This document shows positions 40,541 through 54,234 of a DNA stretch of 64,000 bases, piece by piece. Positions within the stretch are counted from its first letter, which is position 1; each line of letters begins with the position of its first letter. Made by a program: the position numbers and the translations under genes. This stretch comes from Lama glama (Eukaryota): assembly GCA_028534125.1 (NCBI GenBank), contig CM052817.1:77378001-77442000 (forward strand), written 5' to 3'. Under the pieces are notes generated by a model that was not told the DNA's origin, searched no databases, and saw nothing but the letters and a program-made list of their open reading frames with translations.

Positions 40541-43500
40541 CAAATAATCAGAAAACAAAATGCAGGACTTGAGAACAAGATCAAGAATTTTATGTTTCTG
40601 GATTCAGGATCAATCTGAACTATGTGTTAGGGTTTGATCACCATTAATAATAAAACTTTATGGGTTAAAATATATTGTATAGTGAAGTTGTGGTAAAGAA
40701 TCAAATGATGATGAATTCAGCTAGGGGTCCAGGATAAAGTTATGATTGCTAATGAAACAGCAGGTCAAGAATAGAAAGATCTTCATTTTGAAAGATAATA
40801 TAATGATTAAGAATTTTATCTTCTCTATTTGTTCTTTCTATGGAAAGCTTTTTTTTTTTTAAGGAAGACTGCAAAAATCTATGAAGTGATCCAAGTTTTC
40901 ACAAACTCTTTTCCAAGAATGCCTGTAAATATTCTCCCAAAGAAGTCTCTCTAAATTCCATAGTTCTGATAAAAATCACTACTTCCTCTTCTGGTTTGTA
41001 GAAAATAAAAGCATACATTAAGAAGGTAAAAACTCTTTTAAATAGTACAAATGAAACAGTTTATATTTATTATAAGTTAATATGTATCAATACTGAGCTG
41101 CCTTTTTAATTTACTTACATATACTAGAACTTGCTGTGCATACTAATCAATAGGTTAAATACCTTAGTTGTCACCTCTATTAGAAGTTAGGCAAAGGGTC
41201 ATTAAACATACATATAAAATCATCTTATTTTCATGAGAAAATTTTAATTCATTCTCTTTTTGCAGAAAGGGGAAGTCCTTGACAGACACAGAACATGTTG
41301 TGGTTAAGAGTAAAGGCCAGAGGCAAATTGTGGTGGTTTGAATGCCAGGCTCCCTCATATAATACTTTGTGACTTTGAGAAAGTCACTTACCTTCTCTGT
41401 GCCTACACTACAGGATTAGATGAAATAATACATGCAGACAGCACAGTACCTAGTGCTATAGTACCTAGACAATGTGCTGTCTGCAGCTATTCTCATCACC
41501 ATCAGTAAGCAAACCTGCTCCCTAGCCACTGCACAGAGGCCAAACAATGAGTGCCAGGCAAGAACAGGCTCTTGGATCAGGCCAGAGCCTGCACCAAAAT
41601 GATAATCAGTCAATCATGTCTTTTCTTCTTAATGTGTATCTGGGGTTCATTAGTGCCTGCTTTTGGTATGGTTCTAAAAATCTCTGAAGAGCTTGCTGCT
41701 AGTTGACAACTTTACTGATCATAAACAAGAAAGGAATTATCTACGAATTAGCACATTCTTCAAATAACACAATCTAATTTTTTTCTTAAAAAATTAACAT
41801 ATAAGAAAATGTGCATTGTAAAAAAATAGATGTGGAGAAAATAAATGGAAATAGTGATTTTACTGATTCATTTCACATTTATTAAATATGTACTATTCAT
41901 AAAGAGTAATTTTGCTGGGTGTTAGAGAACAATACGAAATGAATACAATATGACGCCTATTATCAAGCAGTAGAGGCAAATACAAACCACATATATTAGA
42001 TAGAAAATTCCATATCAGAAGTATGAATTAAGTGCTCTGAGAACACAGAGGAGAAAGAGACAGTTATACAAAATATAGGAAAATGAAGGATTTTCTTTGG
42101 TTTGGGGAGTCAATCTACAGACAGAGGCAAGGAAGGGTGGATTTTCCATTATCCTTGGCTATGCTCCCTCACTTTCTCCAACTGTAACAGCCACAATTCT
42201 TGTACAGGAGATATGGTAAATATCAAAAAATAGCCCATCATAACAAGAAATTGCAGAAGAGAGCATGCTAAGAAGCATATGTGGAAAAGATACAAAGTAA
42301 AGGAATTTACAGAATGGTTTTATACATGGGAGTCATAGCACCAACTTAAAAAGCCACTGTCACCTCATATTTCCATGTGCTGCAATTGCTCACCACTTGT
42401 CTGTCTACATGAATGAATGTGGCCCCACACTCAGGGCCCAAGATTTTATTTCCTGTAATACCATCCTGACTCTTAGGAATCAGAAATAACTGGAGGATTA
42501 TATAACTATGAATAACTTTCTCATAATAAGAGCAAAAAATAAACAATAGACCAACTTTATATGACTTCATTAACCAGACTTTCCTTCATTTTCTGCTTCC
42601 TTGTAGACAGACTTTAGCTCAAGGATGAAAAGCAGCAAATGTTTCCACAGCATGGCTGCCAGCCAAAAGGTATATTTAACCAATTCTTAAAAAGTAACTA
42701 ATATATACTAGAGCATTGGAGTTAAACTCATAAACTTTTGAGTCAAGCTGCCACTTACTAAGGCAAACTACTTAATCTGTTTCTCTCAATTTCTTAATCT
42801 ATAAAATGGCATATAATGATAGCACCTACCTCATGGGACTGCTTTGCATACTAAATTCATTAAAATATGCAAAGTACCTAGAATAATTACTGTCACACAA
42901 CAAAGAGTCAAAGGTATTGGTTAGGTTCTTCTTCTAAGAAGAAAAAGAATCTGAAAAGCGATGTGAATCAGCATGAAACTTTACCACTAGAAGAAGGAAG
43001 TATTGACATAATCAGAGTATGTGACTCATTTATTGCTTCAGGAAAAAAAAAACAAACAAACCTTGGAAATGTACCCACCTGTCTCTCTTAAAATCCACTC
43101 ATCTCTTGCATTTAATAAGAAACCTTGAAAGCCTAACTATTCATTTCTTTGCAGTTGTTCTTAAGAAACAAAAAGATATAACCAGTATGACTCATAGCAA
43201 ATGAGAGGACATAGCTAAACGTCATGCTGCAGGCTTCCACTTCCTTTGGTGGCTAACTTCTGGGTTTGCACTGTTTTATTATAAAAAACAGGAAGCAATC
43301 ATTACAACACTACATGAGAAACGTGTCTTCAAACTACCTAGCTTGGAGATCCAAAATAATCTACTATTCCCAGAAAACAGCAAGAGAGCCCTCATGGTTA
43401 TGATGCGCACAACAGAGCCCTATCTTGAGAAACAATCACAGGTTTGCTCTTTGTCTTACCATCTTATGTTTCTGAACAACTGTGAGCTAAATATCAAAAA

Positions 43501-43699
43501 CTTGACTGGGATATCAGCTGTTTTTCCTATTGAAAACTCTAGTTGTCTTGCATCATTTTGCTCCATGGACCAAAACACAGAAAGGTTACCTTCTCTATGG
43601 TAACTAAGTGACAAAGAAGTTTTTTCTTCATGAGAGTTTCACACGACTACATTTTTCATCATTGAGACCAAAATTCTTTCATTTTCTCCCCAACAATCC

Positions 43700-43950
43700 A
43701 AATAATAACTAACGCTAACTATGCTCCACATACTACTTCTAGTGCCCTCCATAAATTATCTCATTTAATTCTCACAGCAGCCTTATGGGTCAAGGCTAAT
43801 GTTAGTTTTATTTTATGGATGAGGAACCTCAGTCCCATAGAGGTTAAATAATTTGCTTATGAGGATACACTCAGCATGTGCTAAAGCTGAGATTTTAACC
43901 AAAGTAGTCTAGAGCATCATGAGAGTTCACGTTGTAATCACTCTGCTATA
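43700..43950 (-). mobile_element. MIR SINE. Further MIR fragments lie near 6125-6330, 29060-29225, 33430-33600, 41300-41480, 42710-42920, 57865-58050 and 58990-59120.
   Basis: tctcatttaattctcacagcagcc...ttttatggatgaggaacctcag...gaggttaaataatttgc. Confidence 0.7.
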
Positions 43951-45558
43951 CAGCTGTTTAGTGATTTATAATGCTCAAGGTCAAACTCAGTATTTCACTC
44001 CTCTTTAGTGTCTTCCTCATTCTTTATCCTATATTTGAATATCTCATAACTATGCCCTCCAACAACATTTAAGCAGCCACCAAAATGTATTTTTTTATCT
44101 TTATCTTTTTCAGGAAGTCTATACTTATATATACATCTGCCTACTAAAATTTTCCACTTGGATGTCCCACATGTACCTTAAACTCACCATAACTCACCAT
44201 TCTCTTAGTCATTTATTTCCTATTATGGTGAATGACACCATTATCCCCTCATTTGAGAAAAAAAGTAATTTGATAGATCAGAAGTTACACAGATAATTTC
44301 AATTTCTGCTCCTTTGACCATCTATCCACCAAACACACATATGTTGCCTGCACACACACATTCAATGCAGGCACACACAGACACCACCCCACTCAGTGAC
44401 CAAATCACTAATGCCTGTTAATTCTCACCTAAATTATCACAAGTGTCTCTTTACTGATTTTCCTGCCTGCCTGTAATTTCACTCCACATCACCTCAATCT
44501 GACTTATGTAGTTCTTACAGAATGGTCTTCATGGTGTGAACATTTGCTGTCTCCTTCCTGAAACAGCATTTTCATAATGAATTCTAAACAATTCTGCAAA
44601 GAATACAGGACTTCAGAATCTAACACTGGCCTATCTGCTTAGATTAATCTTCCAATGCTGTTTCCTTTGCCTGGAGTATTTCTCCTCTGAGACTTCCATT
44701 AATCCTACAAACTTCATTTGAAATGTTGCTTCCTTCCTGAAGATTTCTTGCCTCTTGAAGGCATGTTTAGCTGCTACTACTCACCTTTTCAGTAATTTTT
44801 CAACATATCTTTATTATAATTACCTTACTGGTATATAATTTGTTCACATGTCTATCTTCTCACTTTGGTTCTGGGAGGTAAAACAATATATACACTTTAA
44901 AATTAGAGTACTTTAAAATGTGATACACTGATACTGTAGACACTTCAGTAATATCTAGTAAGAGAAAAGTAAAATTAGTTATATTTCACAAAAAGTATAC
45001 CATTATTTTAAATATATCTTTTATTCATACACTTTACATATTTTTTATTTGTTTTAGAACATTCATGGTTTGGTTTGGTTTTTTCCTAACAGCTAGCACA
45101 GGACTCACCACACACAAAATAGTTAATAAACATTTGTTAAGTAAATGAATGATTCCTAATCTATGCCCTCTTCCTCCATTTCCACAACTACCACCTTATA
45201 GTCATTCTTCTGAGCTACTGTAATTAAATCTTCATTTGGTCTCATTGTTTCCAGTTTCTTCTCCCTTGAATTCCTCCTCCACATTGCTGCCATGGTTATA
45301 TAATAAAATAAAAATCTTGCCACATTATTGTCATATTTACAAGATCTTTAATGACTTTTATTGCACATGAAATAAAGTCTAATTCCTTATCATTCTAGAG
45401 TTTTCAAAATTTAGTCCTAATATGCTCTCTGGATCCTTATTCTGTTATTTCTACTTCCTGCGTCAGCATTAGTTTAGTCACACTAGACCATTTGAAACTC
45501 TCAAAGATATGCCAGAGTCTCACTCTAGTGCCACTCCCATCTAAAATATCCTTCCCTA

Positions 45559-45882
45559 TATAAGTTCATTTGTCTTTTGAGGAATACTCATACTGTTTTC
45601 CACAACACAGAATACAGACTTGTGGCTCCCAGGAGGGAGGGGGGTAGGAAGGGATAAACTGAGAGTTCAAGATTTGCAGATACTGACTGGTATATATAAA
45701 ATAGATAAACAAATTTATACTGTATAGCACAGGGAAATATATTCAGTATCTTATAGTAGCCTATGGTGAAAAATAATATGAAAATCAATATATGTATATT
45801 TATATATGACTGAAGCATTGTGCTGTACACCAAAAATTGACACAACACTGTAAACTGACTATATCTCAATAAAAAATTAAAA
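45559..45882 (+). mobile_element. 5'-truncated L1 3' end with a short 5' inversion
   Basis: Exact 17-bp TSD taaaatatccttcccta (45542-45558 and 45883-45899), L1 3' UTR with AATAAA and A-rich tail. The first 45 bp or so read as antisense L1. Confidence 0.85.
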
Positions 45883-47399
45883 TAAAATATCCTTCCCTAG
45901 TTTTCCTCATCAGACAAATATTTGATTTATCCATCAAAGACAAATTAAAAAAAGAAAAAAGATATCTCTTCTGTGACATCTTCTTCAACTCTTCCTCCCT
46001 TTTTCAGCCAAGTGATTTGTTCTCTCAGCTGTTTCCAGAGAAGTAGTCTCCAGAACCAAAACTACAGTTTTGTAAAACTGCACTCCCTGACCTCCACTCG
46101 TGGAGGTTCAGATTTGGTAGTTCTGGCATGGAGTCAGGAATCTGTTGTTTTAAAAACACACTACATCCCAACCTAAACAATGTGACTTCAGGGCCAGAAT
46201 GGACTCTCGGTTGCTGAGTGCTAAACATTCTTCTTAAAGCATGACTCAGAATCATGCTAGAGCCTGCCAGAAGTAGAGCGTGTTGGGACCCATGCTTTCA
46301 GATATTGGAAAAACTACCATTGTTTTTGATAGGTTTTATGAGTATGCGTCCTTGGGAAGTGAAACCAGCCTCTGTTAGCTCAAGCTGTTCAAAATACCAC
46401 AGACAGAGGGACTGAAAACAAAGTGAAACTAAGGCATACAACTAATAAATATAAATAAAAAAAGAAAGGAAAGGACATGAGATCACATAAGCTGCCTCTA
46501 TAATATTGCATTCATGGAAAAGTGAGGAGGTGAAGAAGCACAATGAAACTAGTTATTAGAAAATATGATATATGTCCAAGGAGGCATCAAGGGCCTTGGC
46601 TCATTCAAATCCTAGAATGGCATTACTGGCTCTAAACAAGTCACTTAGCATAAAATTCTTGACATTTCCTCATTCACAAATGCAACTCCTTTTCAAGATT
46701 TCAGTTCAAAGCAACTCTATGTAAAATCTACCCCACTTCTCCCTTGGATACAATATGCCCATTCACTAAACAAGTGCCCAGAGAGGAAAAGTGCATTAAT
46801 AGTTAATCTTTAGAATCAAGAGTTTTAGAGACAGAAGGATTGTTAGAAGATTTTCCAGACCATGCTAAACCTTTTTCACAACACAGTGCATGTGGAAAAT
46901 TATGACTGTCTAGCACACTGGGATAAAAAGATGAGACTGCTAGGAACTAATGGTGATGGGCAAGGGGGTTCATGCGGTCCAGGCAATACTTGGGGATCAC
47001 AGAGATCAAGCTCTCCCATAACCTCTGTAACCCACACTGCTTGTGAAGATACACCAGATAAACCAAGGAATCTTAGAGATGAGGAAAATCAAGCCTCAAA
47101 GGGTGGCTGGACACCAGAGAGGTTAACAAAATCACTTAGTGGAAGAGCAAGAATTGGGTTTTCACAGGTCTCATATGAACAATGATTCTAATCTCTACAC
47201 CATTCAGAATTCATCAGTTTCGACCATTGATGGCATCATTTCAAATGGTCCATCAATTTATTGAGATGCCCAGCATTGGCAATAGGCTGAAAAGATTATG
47301 CTCTCTCCCACAAATATCTGTACATTTTCCAACTAGATTTAAACGTTACTCTGAAAAATAAAAGAGAAATTCATTCACAATTCTCTAAATTCATTGAAA

Positions 47400-49800
47400 A
47401 TTTGCCAGATAAAATGCTAAAAACACTTTTTAAATTAATGGAAGAAGCTGCCAGGAATTAAGCAGGAGTGTGAGTAGAGGGTGTAGGGAAGGAAGTGAGA
47501 ACTGAAGCATCTGGGTGCCCTGGGAGAATCTACATACCCAGGCTGCCTACAGCTGTGCATCTTCCCAAGCAGAGAGCTCTGGTGGTGACCATCCAGTATA
47601 AAACGCATGCTCAGGAAAAGCCATTCACATAGGAAAAAAGTTCACTAGAAATAAGTGAATAAATAACCCTTCACAGAGGTAAGCAGGAAAGAAAACTGCC
47701 TAGACGAGGAGTTGGAAAAGCTTTCCCGAGAACATGTAGCCACTGGAAGGTGCAAACATATGGATTGAGGATCAAAATTTTTACTGTTTACATGATAAGG
47801 AATATCATAAGCTAAAAATTTTCATTTCTGGACCCATTTAAACTGGACCCAGGTCTGTAATGTTCTTACACACGTGGCAGAAAAAACACAAATCCACCCT
47901 GGAGGAATGAAATTTAAAAGTTCAAAGGATTGTTTCACTTTGAGTAAAAAGTTCACAATAAAATAAAAATCACAAAACACATGAGAAACTAAGGCACCAT
48001 AAGCAAGTGTCACAGAAATTATAAACAGGAACTTGGATACTGGAAATGTACAATTACAAAGAATATATTAGAAAATAAATTAGGTATATTTATATGTTTA
48101 AAGAAGTTTTAAGAGGGAAAGGAGGTAAAAATATGACTAATCAGCAAGAGATTAGGCAGAATTGGAGGAAGAGATCTCCTATAAGTAAAAAGCATAATAA
48201 TTAAAAGTAAATATTCAGTATGAGAGTTAAACAGCACATATATACAATGGAGAGAATAAAATGGAAGAGTCTTATGTAAAAGAAGAAATTACACAGAATA
48301 AAGCAATTGAGATATACAGATGGAAATTTATTTAAAAAGAACTGAAGACACAGGGAGAACAGAGAAAGTTCAAAGTATATCTAATTAGAATTTCAGAACA
48401 ACCAGGCAAATTTAACTAAAAGAAAGTAACATAGCCATAATTAATATTACACAAAGTATTCATTAAAAGAAAAAAAATACCACCAAAAAAGAAGAGAACT
48501 CTATAAAAATAACATGATATAATCAAAAGAATATCATATTTGTAAAATTATATTGTTTAATATCATAGCCTCAAAATAAATGAGATATAAATTAAAATAA
48601 CTACAAAGAGAAATTGACAAATCCATCGATAACATTGTGGGAAATTTCTAACACATATCTCTTAGTCATTCATACTTAAAGTAGATAAGAAAACCAAGAA
48701 AGCTGCAACTAGTAGATAAATAAATTCTAGAGATTTAATGCACAGTAGAGTGAATATAAACAACAATACTGTATTATAATCATCAAACTTGCTAAGAGAC
48801 TAGATCTTAATTATTCCCACCACAAAAAAGAAATGATAATGTGATGTGATAAAGGTGATATTTATTGCTACAATGGTAATCATATTGCAATACATAAACT
48901 ATCAAATCAACATGCTGTACACCTTCAATCTACACAATGTTACATGTCAAATATATTTCAACAAAAAATAAAACAAAATGGAGGAATTGAAAAAAAAGAA
49001 AACTCAATAAGGATGTATATAATTTGAACAATAAAATGAACAAGTTTGATTTCACTGATGTATATAGAAGCCTGCATTCAGTAATTGCAAAAAATGTATT
49101 ATTTTCAAGCACATATAGAACATTTACAAAAATTGACTGTGTCTCAAATTTTCTAAAGAATTGGTATCATACAAAACATACTTTCTGACCATAATGTAAT
49201 TAGAAACTGTGGCAGGGATTCTGATTTTCCTATCTGTCTTGGATACAAGAGTTAGACCCCACTTCCAGCCCCTTTTAGGAGGCTCAGTTCCTAAGGAAAG
49301 TGAGCAAAAATGTTAATTTGCTATTAGGTCTGAACACAGAATATCCTGTGCAATCTTCCACACTCCTGCTTCGTCTTCTTCAAAAACGTATGAAGCTACA
49401 TCTTGAGAATGTTGGCAACCTAAAAGGGAAGAAGCTTGCTTGCTCTCTGTGTCAGATATAGAAACATTCAGGTTGGACTTCAAATAAGCAAGAAATAAAC
49501 TTGTATTGTGTTAAGCCCTTTGAGATTTGGAATTGTTTATTGCAGCTGATAGCTTATTATGAGAACATAGAAATTAAAAATAAGAGCTAAAAATAGTCTT
49601 TTCTGTTTGTAAAATTTTAAACACAATTCTGGTAACTCAAAAGTTAAAGAGGAGAATATGATAAAATATTTAAATAGTAGAATTAAATAATAAATAAAGC
49701 CAAAAAAGAGGAAAATAATACAGAAAATAAGGAAATAGAAATGTTTGTTTTTCAGTTAATGAGTCCCTGCATAAAAGGCTGGAAATTAGAAAAACAAAAA
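47400..49800 (+). mobile_element. Old L1 fragments (L1M type) with a nested younger L1 3' end (about 48705-48975) and an MLT1
   Basis: A-rich ORF1/ORF2-like remnants (aaagagaaattgacaaatcc, agaacatttacaaaaattgac, ttctgaccataatgtaattag). L1MA-like 3' UTR (gctaagagactagatctt...caaatatatttcaac). Boundaries approximate. Confidence 0.65.
49208..49560 (+). mobile_element. MLT1-type (ERVL-MaLR) LTR
   Basis: tgtggcag start and the characteristic 3' end agcaagaaataaacttgtattgtgttaagcc...gagatttgg. Confidence 0.65.
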
Positions 49801-50268
49801 TGTCTAACATTAATACAATTTTATAAATAAAAATGGATTAACATAACATTTCTGCCCCCCAAAAGGACAACAATAAAAGAAGAAAAAGGGGAAAGAAAAT
49901 ATTCTAGAGAGCAAATAATGAATGTATATATGCAGTACTTTCTAGATAAAAGGAGTTTTGTGTATAGGTATAAATTCATAGATTTCTTTTCTAAAAGTAC
50001 GAGATGCAACAAGTCCCTTCACAAACACTATCCTCTATGCTGATGGCATAGTTTGATAAAAAAAAAAAAACCAGTAACAGCCTCTGATCTTTGCTTCTTA
50101 TACTCAGAATGAACTGATGTATATCAATTAAGCAAAACTGAAATTATCATTTGAAACAAGAAATCCTCCAAGTCAAAGAGCAAATGTTAGATTAATTTAT
50201 TCAGCCTCTTAAAGGTATATTTGCAGCTAAGTCATTTGAATGATCCCTAAAAGAAAGAGTGGTCATAA

Positions 50269-50929
50269 TGATACAGGAGGGAAGGGAGCAGGGCACAGCC
50301 ACTCATGGAGTCACAGCAGTTAACACCAAAATGGTGGAAGATTCAACTCCCAGTTGGCCTTGAGGATTAAGATGGCAGGAGGTTTGACTTCTAGTAGAAC
50401 TTGAGCTTCATTACATGCTCATTGTAACATATTAGTGTGATAAATAACATGCCCGCAGGTGCCATAACAGTCCCAAGGCTAACCGCAAAAAGCCAAAGGG
50501 TGGGCGGTGGCCCAATTCCTGGGAATCCCAGCCCCTTCCCCAGGGTAGTTGGAATGGTGCCACCTGCAGGCGTGTGGAGCTACTGAATCCATAAAAAGTG
50601 GCAACACCACGCCTGGCCGCCTTTTTGGCTCCCTCCTCTTTGGAGAGGATCTGCACTCTGTCTATGGAGTGTGTACCTACTTTTACTTTAACCTGAGCAC
50701 CCATCTCCCACACCTCTTTCTTTGCCTTTCTCTTGCCTTTTGAAACAGCCTACACTCTATGCAGTATGTATCTCTCTAAATAAATCTACCTTTACTCAAC
50801 TGTGGCTCGCTCTTGAATACTTTCTTGAGCGAAACAAAGAACCGACACCTGGCAGGGCACATCCCAGGGACTCACTGAGACCTGGGACACAGCCTTCCTC
50901 ACGCCCCACATCCTTTTTTTCCTGCATCA
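50269..50929 (+). mobile_element. Solo LTR, ERV1 class
   Basis: Inverted ends tgatacagga...tcctgcatca, 4-bp TSD ataa (50265-50268 and 50930-50933), TATA-like cataaaaa near 50590, AATAAA at 50779-50784. Confidence 0.88.
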
Positions 50930-50956
50930 ATAAAACTGGGACATTCTAGAGGAAAG

Positions 50957-51510
50957 TGTTGCCAAATGCAAGTTTGTATGCTGGATGCACAGTGAGGCCA
51001 AACAAACTGAACTGTTTGGAGCAGAGAAAGATTTACTGCAGGGTCAAGCAAGGAGAATGGGTGGCTCCTTCTCAAAAGCCCTAAACATCCTGATGGATTC
51101 AGGGCTTTTATAGGCATTAGGGTGAGGGCTGTAGGGTGTGTGACTTTCTTCTGATTGGTTGGTGCGGAGGTAACAGGGTGGTGTTCCAGGAATGTTTAGG
51201 TCTTCATCTTGAAGTTACCATCCTCCACCTGGGTGGGGACCTTAGTTCTTGTAGAAGAACTCAAAGATATATTATCATGCATGTCCCTTGAGGAGGAACC
51301 AGGACCTTGCCCCATGCTGCACTATTGTTTCTTGACTGCTCCTCCTTTGTTTCTGCATTCCCTCCCTTCCCTCATTTGCAGTTTGAATCTGCCCTTTGGA
51401 ACTTAGGGAAGGTCTAGGAGGCTGAATGAAGCCTTTTTCCTACAAACAAGAAACGGGACATGGAAAGGATTTGTACCCAGGAGGGACCCACAGGGTCCTG
51501 CTTGGTTTCA
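50957..51510 (-). mobile_element. Solo LTR, ERV1 class (same family as 26150-26844)
   Basis: tgttg...tttca ends and 4-bp TSD aaag (50953-50956 and 51511-51514). Confidence 0.88.
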
Positions 51511-52116
51511 AAAGAAAAGACAGTTCCTTTGCTTCACCCATAAACATCTAAAACTTCTCTTTATCTACTTAGTTTCCTCTAATTCTTATAAAAACTGTTC
51601 CAAAATTCTTTTTGTTCCCCTCTATGTACTCTATTGACAAAAATCTCAATGCGCAATTATTATTTGATCATATTCCTCCTTTCTACTCAGTTCCTTCCTT
51701 TCTGTCTTTTCTTCTACAGAAGAAAACCTTTCTTGAGATACTCCTCCCACTTTTTACTGTAAATCAAGCAATCCCCCCAGCTTCTTTCAAATTTGCAACT
51801 CTCTGCTGCCTTAGGCTCAAAAAACTCTTTAGGAATTGGCATCCAAACGGAAAGTTGTAAATACTTATGTTTCAGTTTGTTCTTTTTATGCAAGTCACGT
51901 TGTACACAACTTTCTCCTCAATTGGACTATGAATTCCTCAAAAATAGGAACCATACTTTACTTATTTTTATAACTGCCTGCCATAGGTACGACCTAAAGA
52001 AGCACTCGATATGACTCTCCAGCCCCACAGCATGCTCTCTGTGTCAGATATACTCTATCATCTGTCGGTGTTTCAGCATTTCATTAGGAGGAGACTAGAG
52101 GGGATTTTGAGGGAAG

Positions 52117-52200
52117 AGTGTCTAGGAGACTAATTTGAAACAATATTCACATAGCAACAGTGTCTAGGAGACTAATTTGAAACAACATTCACATAGCAAG
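52117..52200. repeat. 42-bp tandem duplication (2 copies, 2 mismatches)
   Basis: agtgtctaggagactaatttgaaacaa(t/c)attcacatagcaa(c/g) at 52117-52158 and 52159-52200. Confidence 0.95.
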
Positions 52201-52278
52201 CATTCACATTGCTTAGATGGTGTGTATATTTCATTTATCCATTCATTCATTTATTAAAGTACATTTATTAAGTGCTCA

Positions 52279-52774
52279 TGTGAATGAAAAATACTGCAAA
52301 CCATATCAGTAAACAAAGAAAACTGAAGCCATCAAGTCATCAGCCATTGCCACCAATCCTCAGTGAAGACAAGCCTGCAGCCCAGCCTCTGCAGCCACTC
52401 ACAATTGTGCACTCTGAGGGGACTCAGAATAAGAAAGGACAGGATACTCGCCCTAGATAGCTAGGTTTTTGTCAAAGGAATGAATTTGAGAGCCCAAATA
52501 TTTGCTCTCTCCATACATAGAAGAGTGCTAAATTCTTTGACTTGAGATGTCTGGTTTTCTTCAGTTAACAAGTAAGCTTTTAATGTTCCAACAACCTGGT
52601 CTTTGTTGTAGAACTCCTAAATATCCTAGCTCCTCCCCTACCTCTTCAGAGCAGTCCCTCAGAGCAATTTGAGAGGCTGTCATCCCGGGCTCGAAGGGGT
52701 TCGAGTCCTCAGAAATGTCCGGCAAATAAAACATAACTCTCAACTTTAAGGCTGTGCATTTATTTCAGTCAACA
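52279..52774 (+). mobile_element. Solo LTR, ERV1 class, nested in an L2 3' end
   Basis: tgtga...caaca ends, flanks ctca/ccca (one mismatch), AATAAA near 52725. The L2 sequence resumes on both sides. Confidence 0.82.
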
Positions 52775-53315
52775 CCCACAATGTATCAAACACTACTCTT
52801 GGTGCTAGGGATACAGCAGAGAACAAAACAGGCAATAATTCATGCCTTCATGGCATTCACACAAATATAGAAGACAGTGATTAGTATTATGGAGAAAAAT
52901 AAATCTGGGACGATGAAGAATTCTGCAGGAAGAAGGTGTATTTTTTTTAATAAGGTGACAAGGAATGATTCACTGAGAATGTGGCACTGAGTAAAGGGCT
53001 GAGGTGGTTTGGGAGACAGCCATGTGCATTTGTGGAAGAGCATGTTCTTCTCAGAGGGCACAGCCTGAGATATTTGAGAAAAGCAAATAAGACAGGATCT
53101 AGAGCAGCAAGCTAAATTACGACAGAAAAGGTGGTGTGGTCAGTGAGTTATTAGATAATATGATTGCGGAGGATATTTTTAGTCCATTCTTGGGACTGGA
53201 TTTTACTCTAAAGAACAATTGGAGCATTCTGAGTAGACGAGCAAAATTTGATTTTGATTTTTAAAGTGTCCTAGCGACCTTTCAAGAACAGATCTAAGTG
53301 AGATACATGTGGAAA

Positions 53316-53946
53316 TGTTACTGAACCAGATCTGTCTGTCGGGCCCACAGCAAGTCAGTCGCTGAGATGCAGAGGTTTGCAACTGAGAAAGAATATTAAC
53401 AAGGCATCCAGTGGGGAGATGGGAGAACAAGATCTGCCTCCTTGAAGGTGAGGGGGGTGGATTATTTACTGGAGAAGCAGGGTGGTCTTAGGCATGGGGA
53501 AGGTGATTAAAAGTAGGGGAAAAAAGGTAAGTTTTTGTGCAGGTGTATCGGGGTTATATTCTTTTGCATATTCAAAAATGGAGGTGCTTAGCATGAGCTG
53601 AGGTGGGGTTTTCTAGCCTTCTGACATCAAAATACCATTCATTGGACACCTGCAGAGGTCCAGTTTTAGGGTAGGTGGTCTAATCAGTCTCAGCCAGCTC
53701 ACACCCAACAAAAGCTGACTCCAAGTTCCTGTAAACCAACTGGGCAATGTGAAGCTGGGAAGATATTCAGTTAAAGAGAAGAAAAGAAAGAAAGAAAAAC
53801 AATAACTAAAGCAAACTTAATCAGCGAAGGCAGTTTACAAGCAGAGGGGTTTTAACGAGCTGTTCCCCTATCTGTTGCCTTGCAAGACAAGCTCAGGAAT
53901 TTCTGTTAGTCATCAGCTTTTGTTAACTCTATGGGGCATGGATTCA
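53316..53946 (-). mobile_element. Solo LTR, ERV1 class, nested in L2 (strand tentative)
   Basis: tgttactgaa...gattca ends and 4-bp TSD gaaa (53312-53315 and 53947-53950). Confidence 0.78.
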
Positions 53947-54234
53947 GAAACAGAAAATTGGCTTTGAGGTTACTGCAATAATCTAGTCAAGAGAAATGGA
54001 TCAGAGTGATTAACAGTGGAGGTGGTGAGAAGGGATCAGTTTCTGGATTTATTTTGAAGCCTTCAAAATCTAGGATATACTCAGAATTTTCTCACCAGAT
54101 TTGATAAGGAGTACGAAAGAAAGAGAAAAGAACAAGAGATGAATGAGTATAGGTAGAAAAAAGAAGAGGTTCAAAGAGTAGGCCCTGGCATTTCAGTATT
54201 AAGAGCTTGGGTTGCTGAATAGAAACCAGCAGAG

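Noticed and set aside
10195..49596. Isolated perfect MEF2 sites (10195, 30750, 31324, 49574, 49587)
   Set aside because: Expected by chance in AT-rich DNA; several lie inside L1 or L2 remnants and lack supporting motifs.
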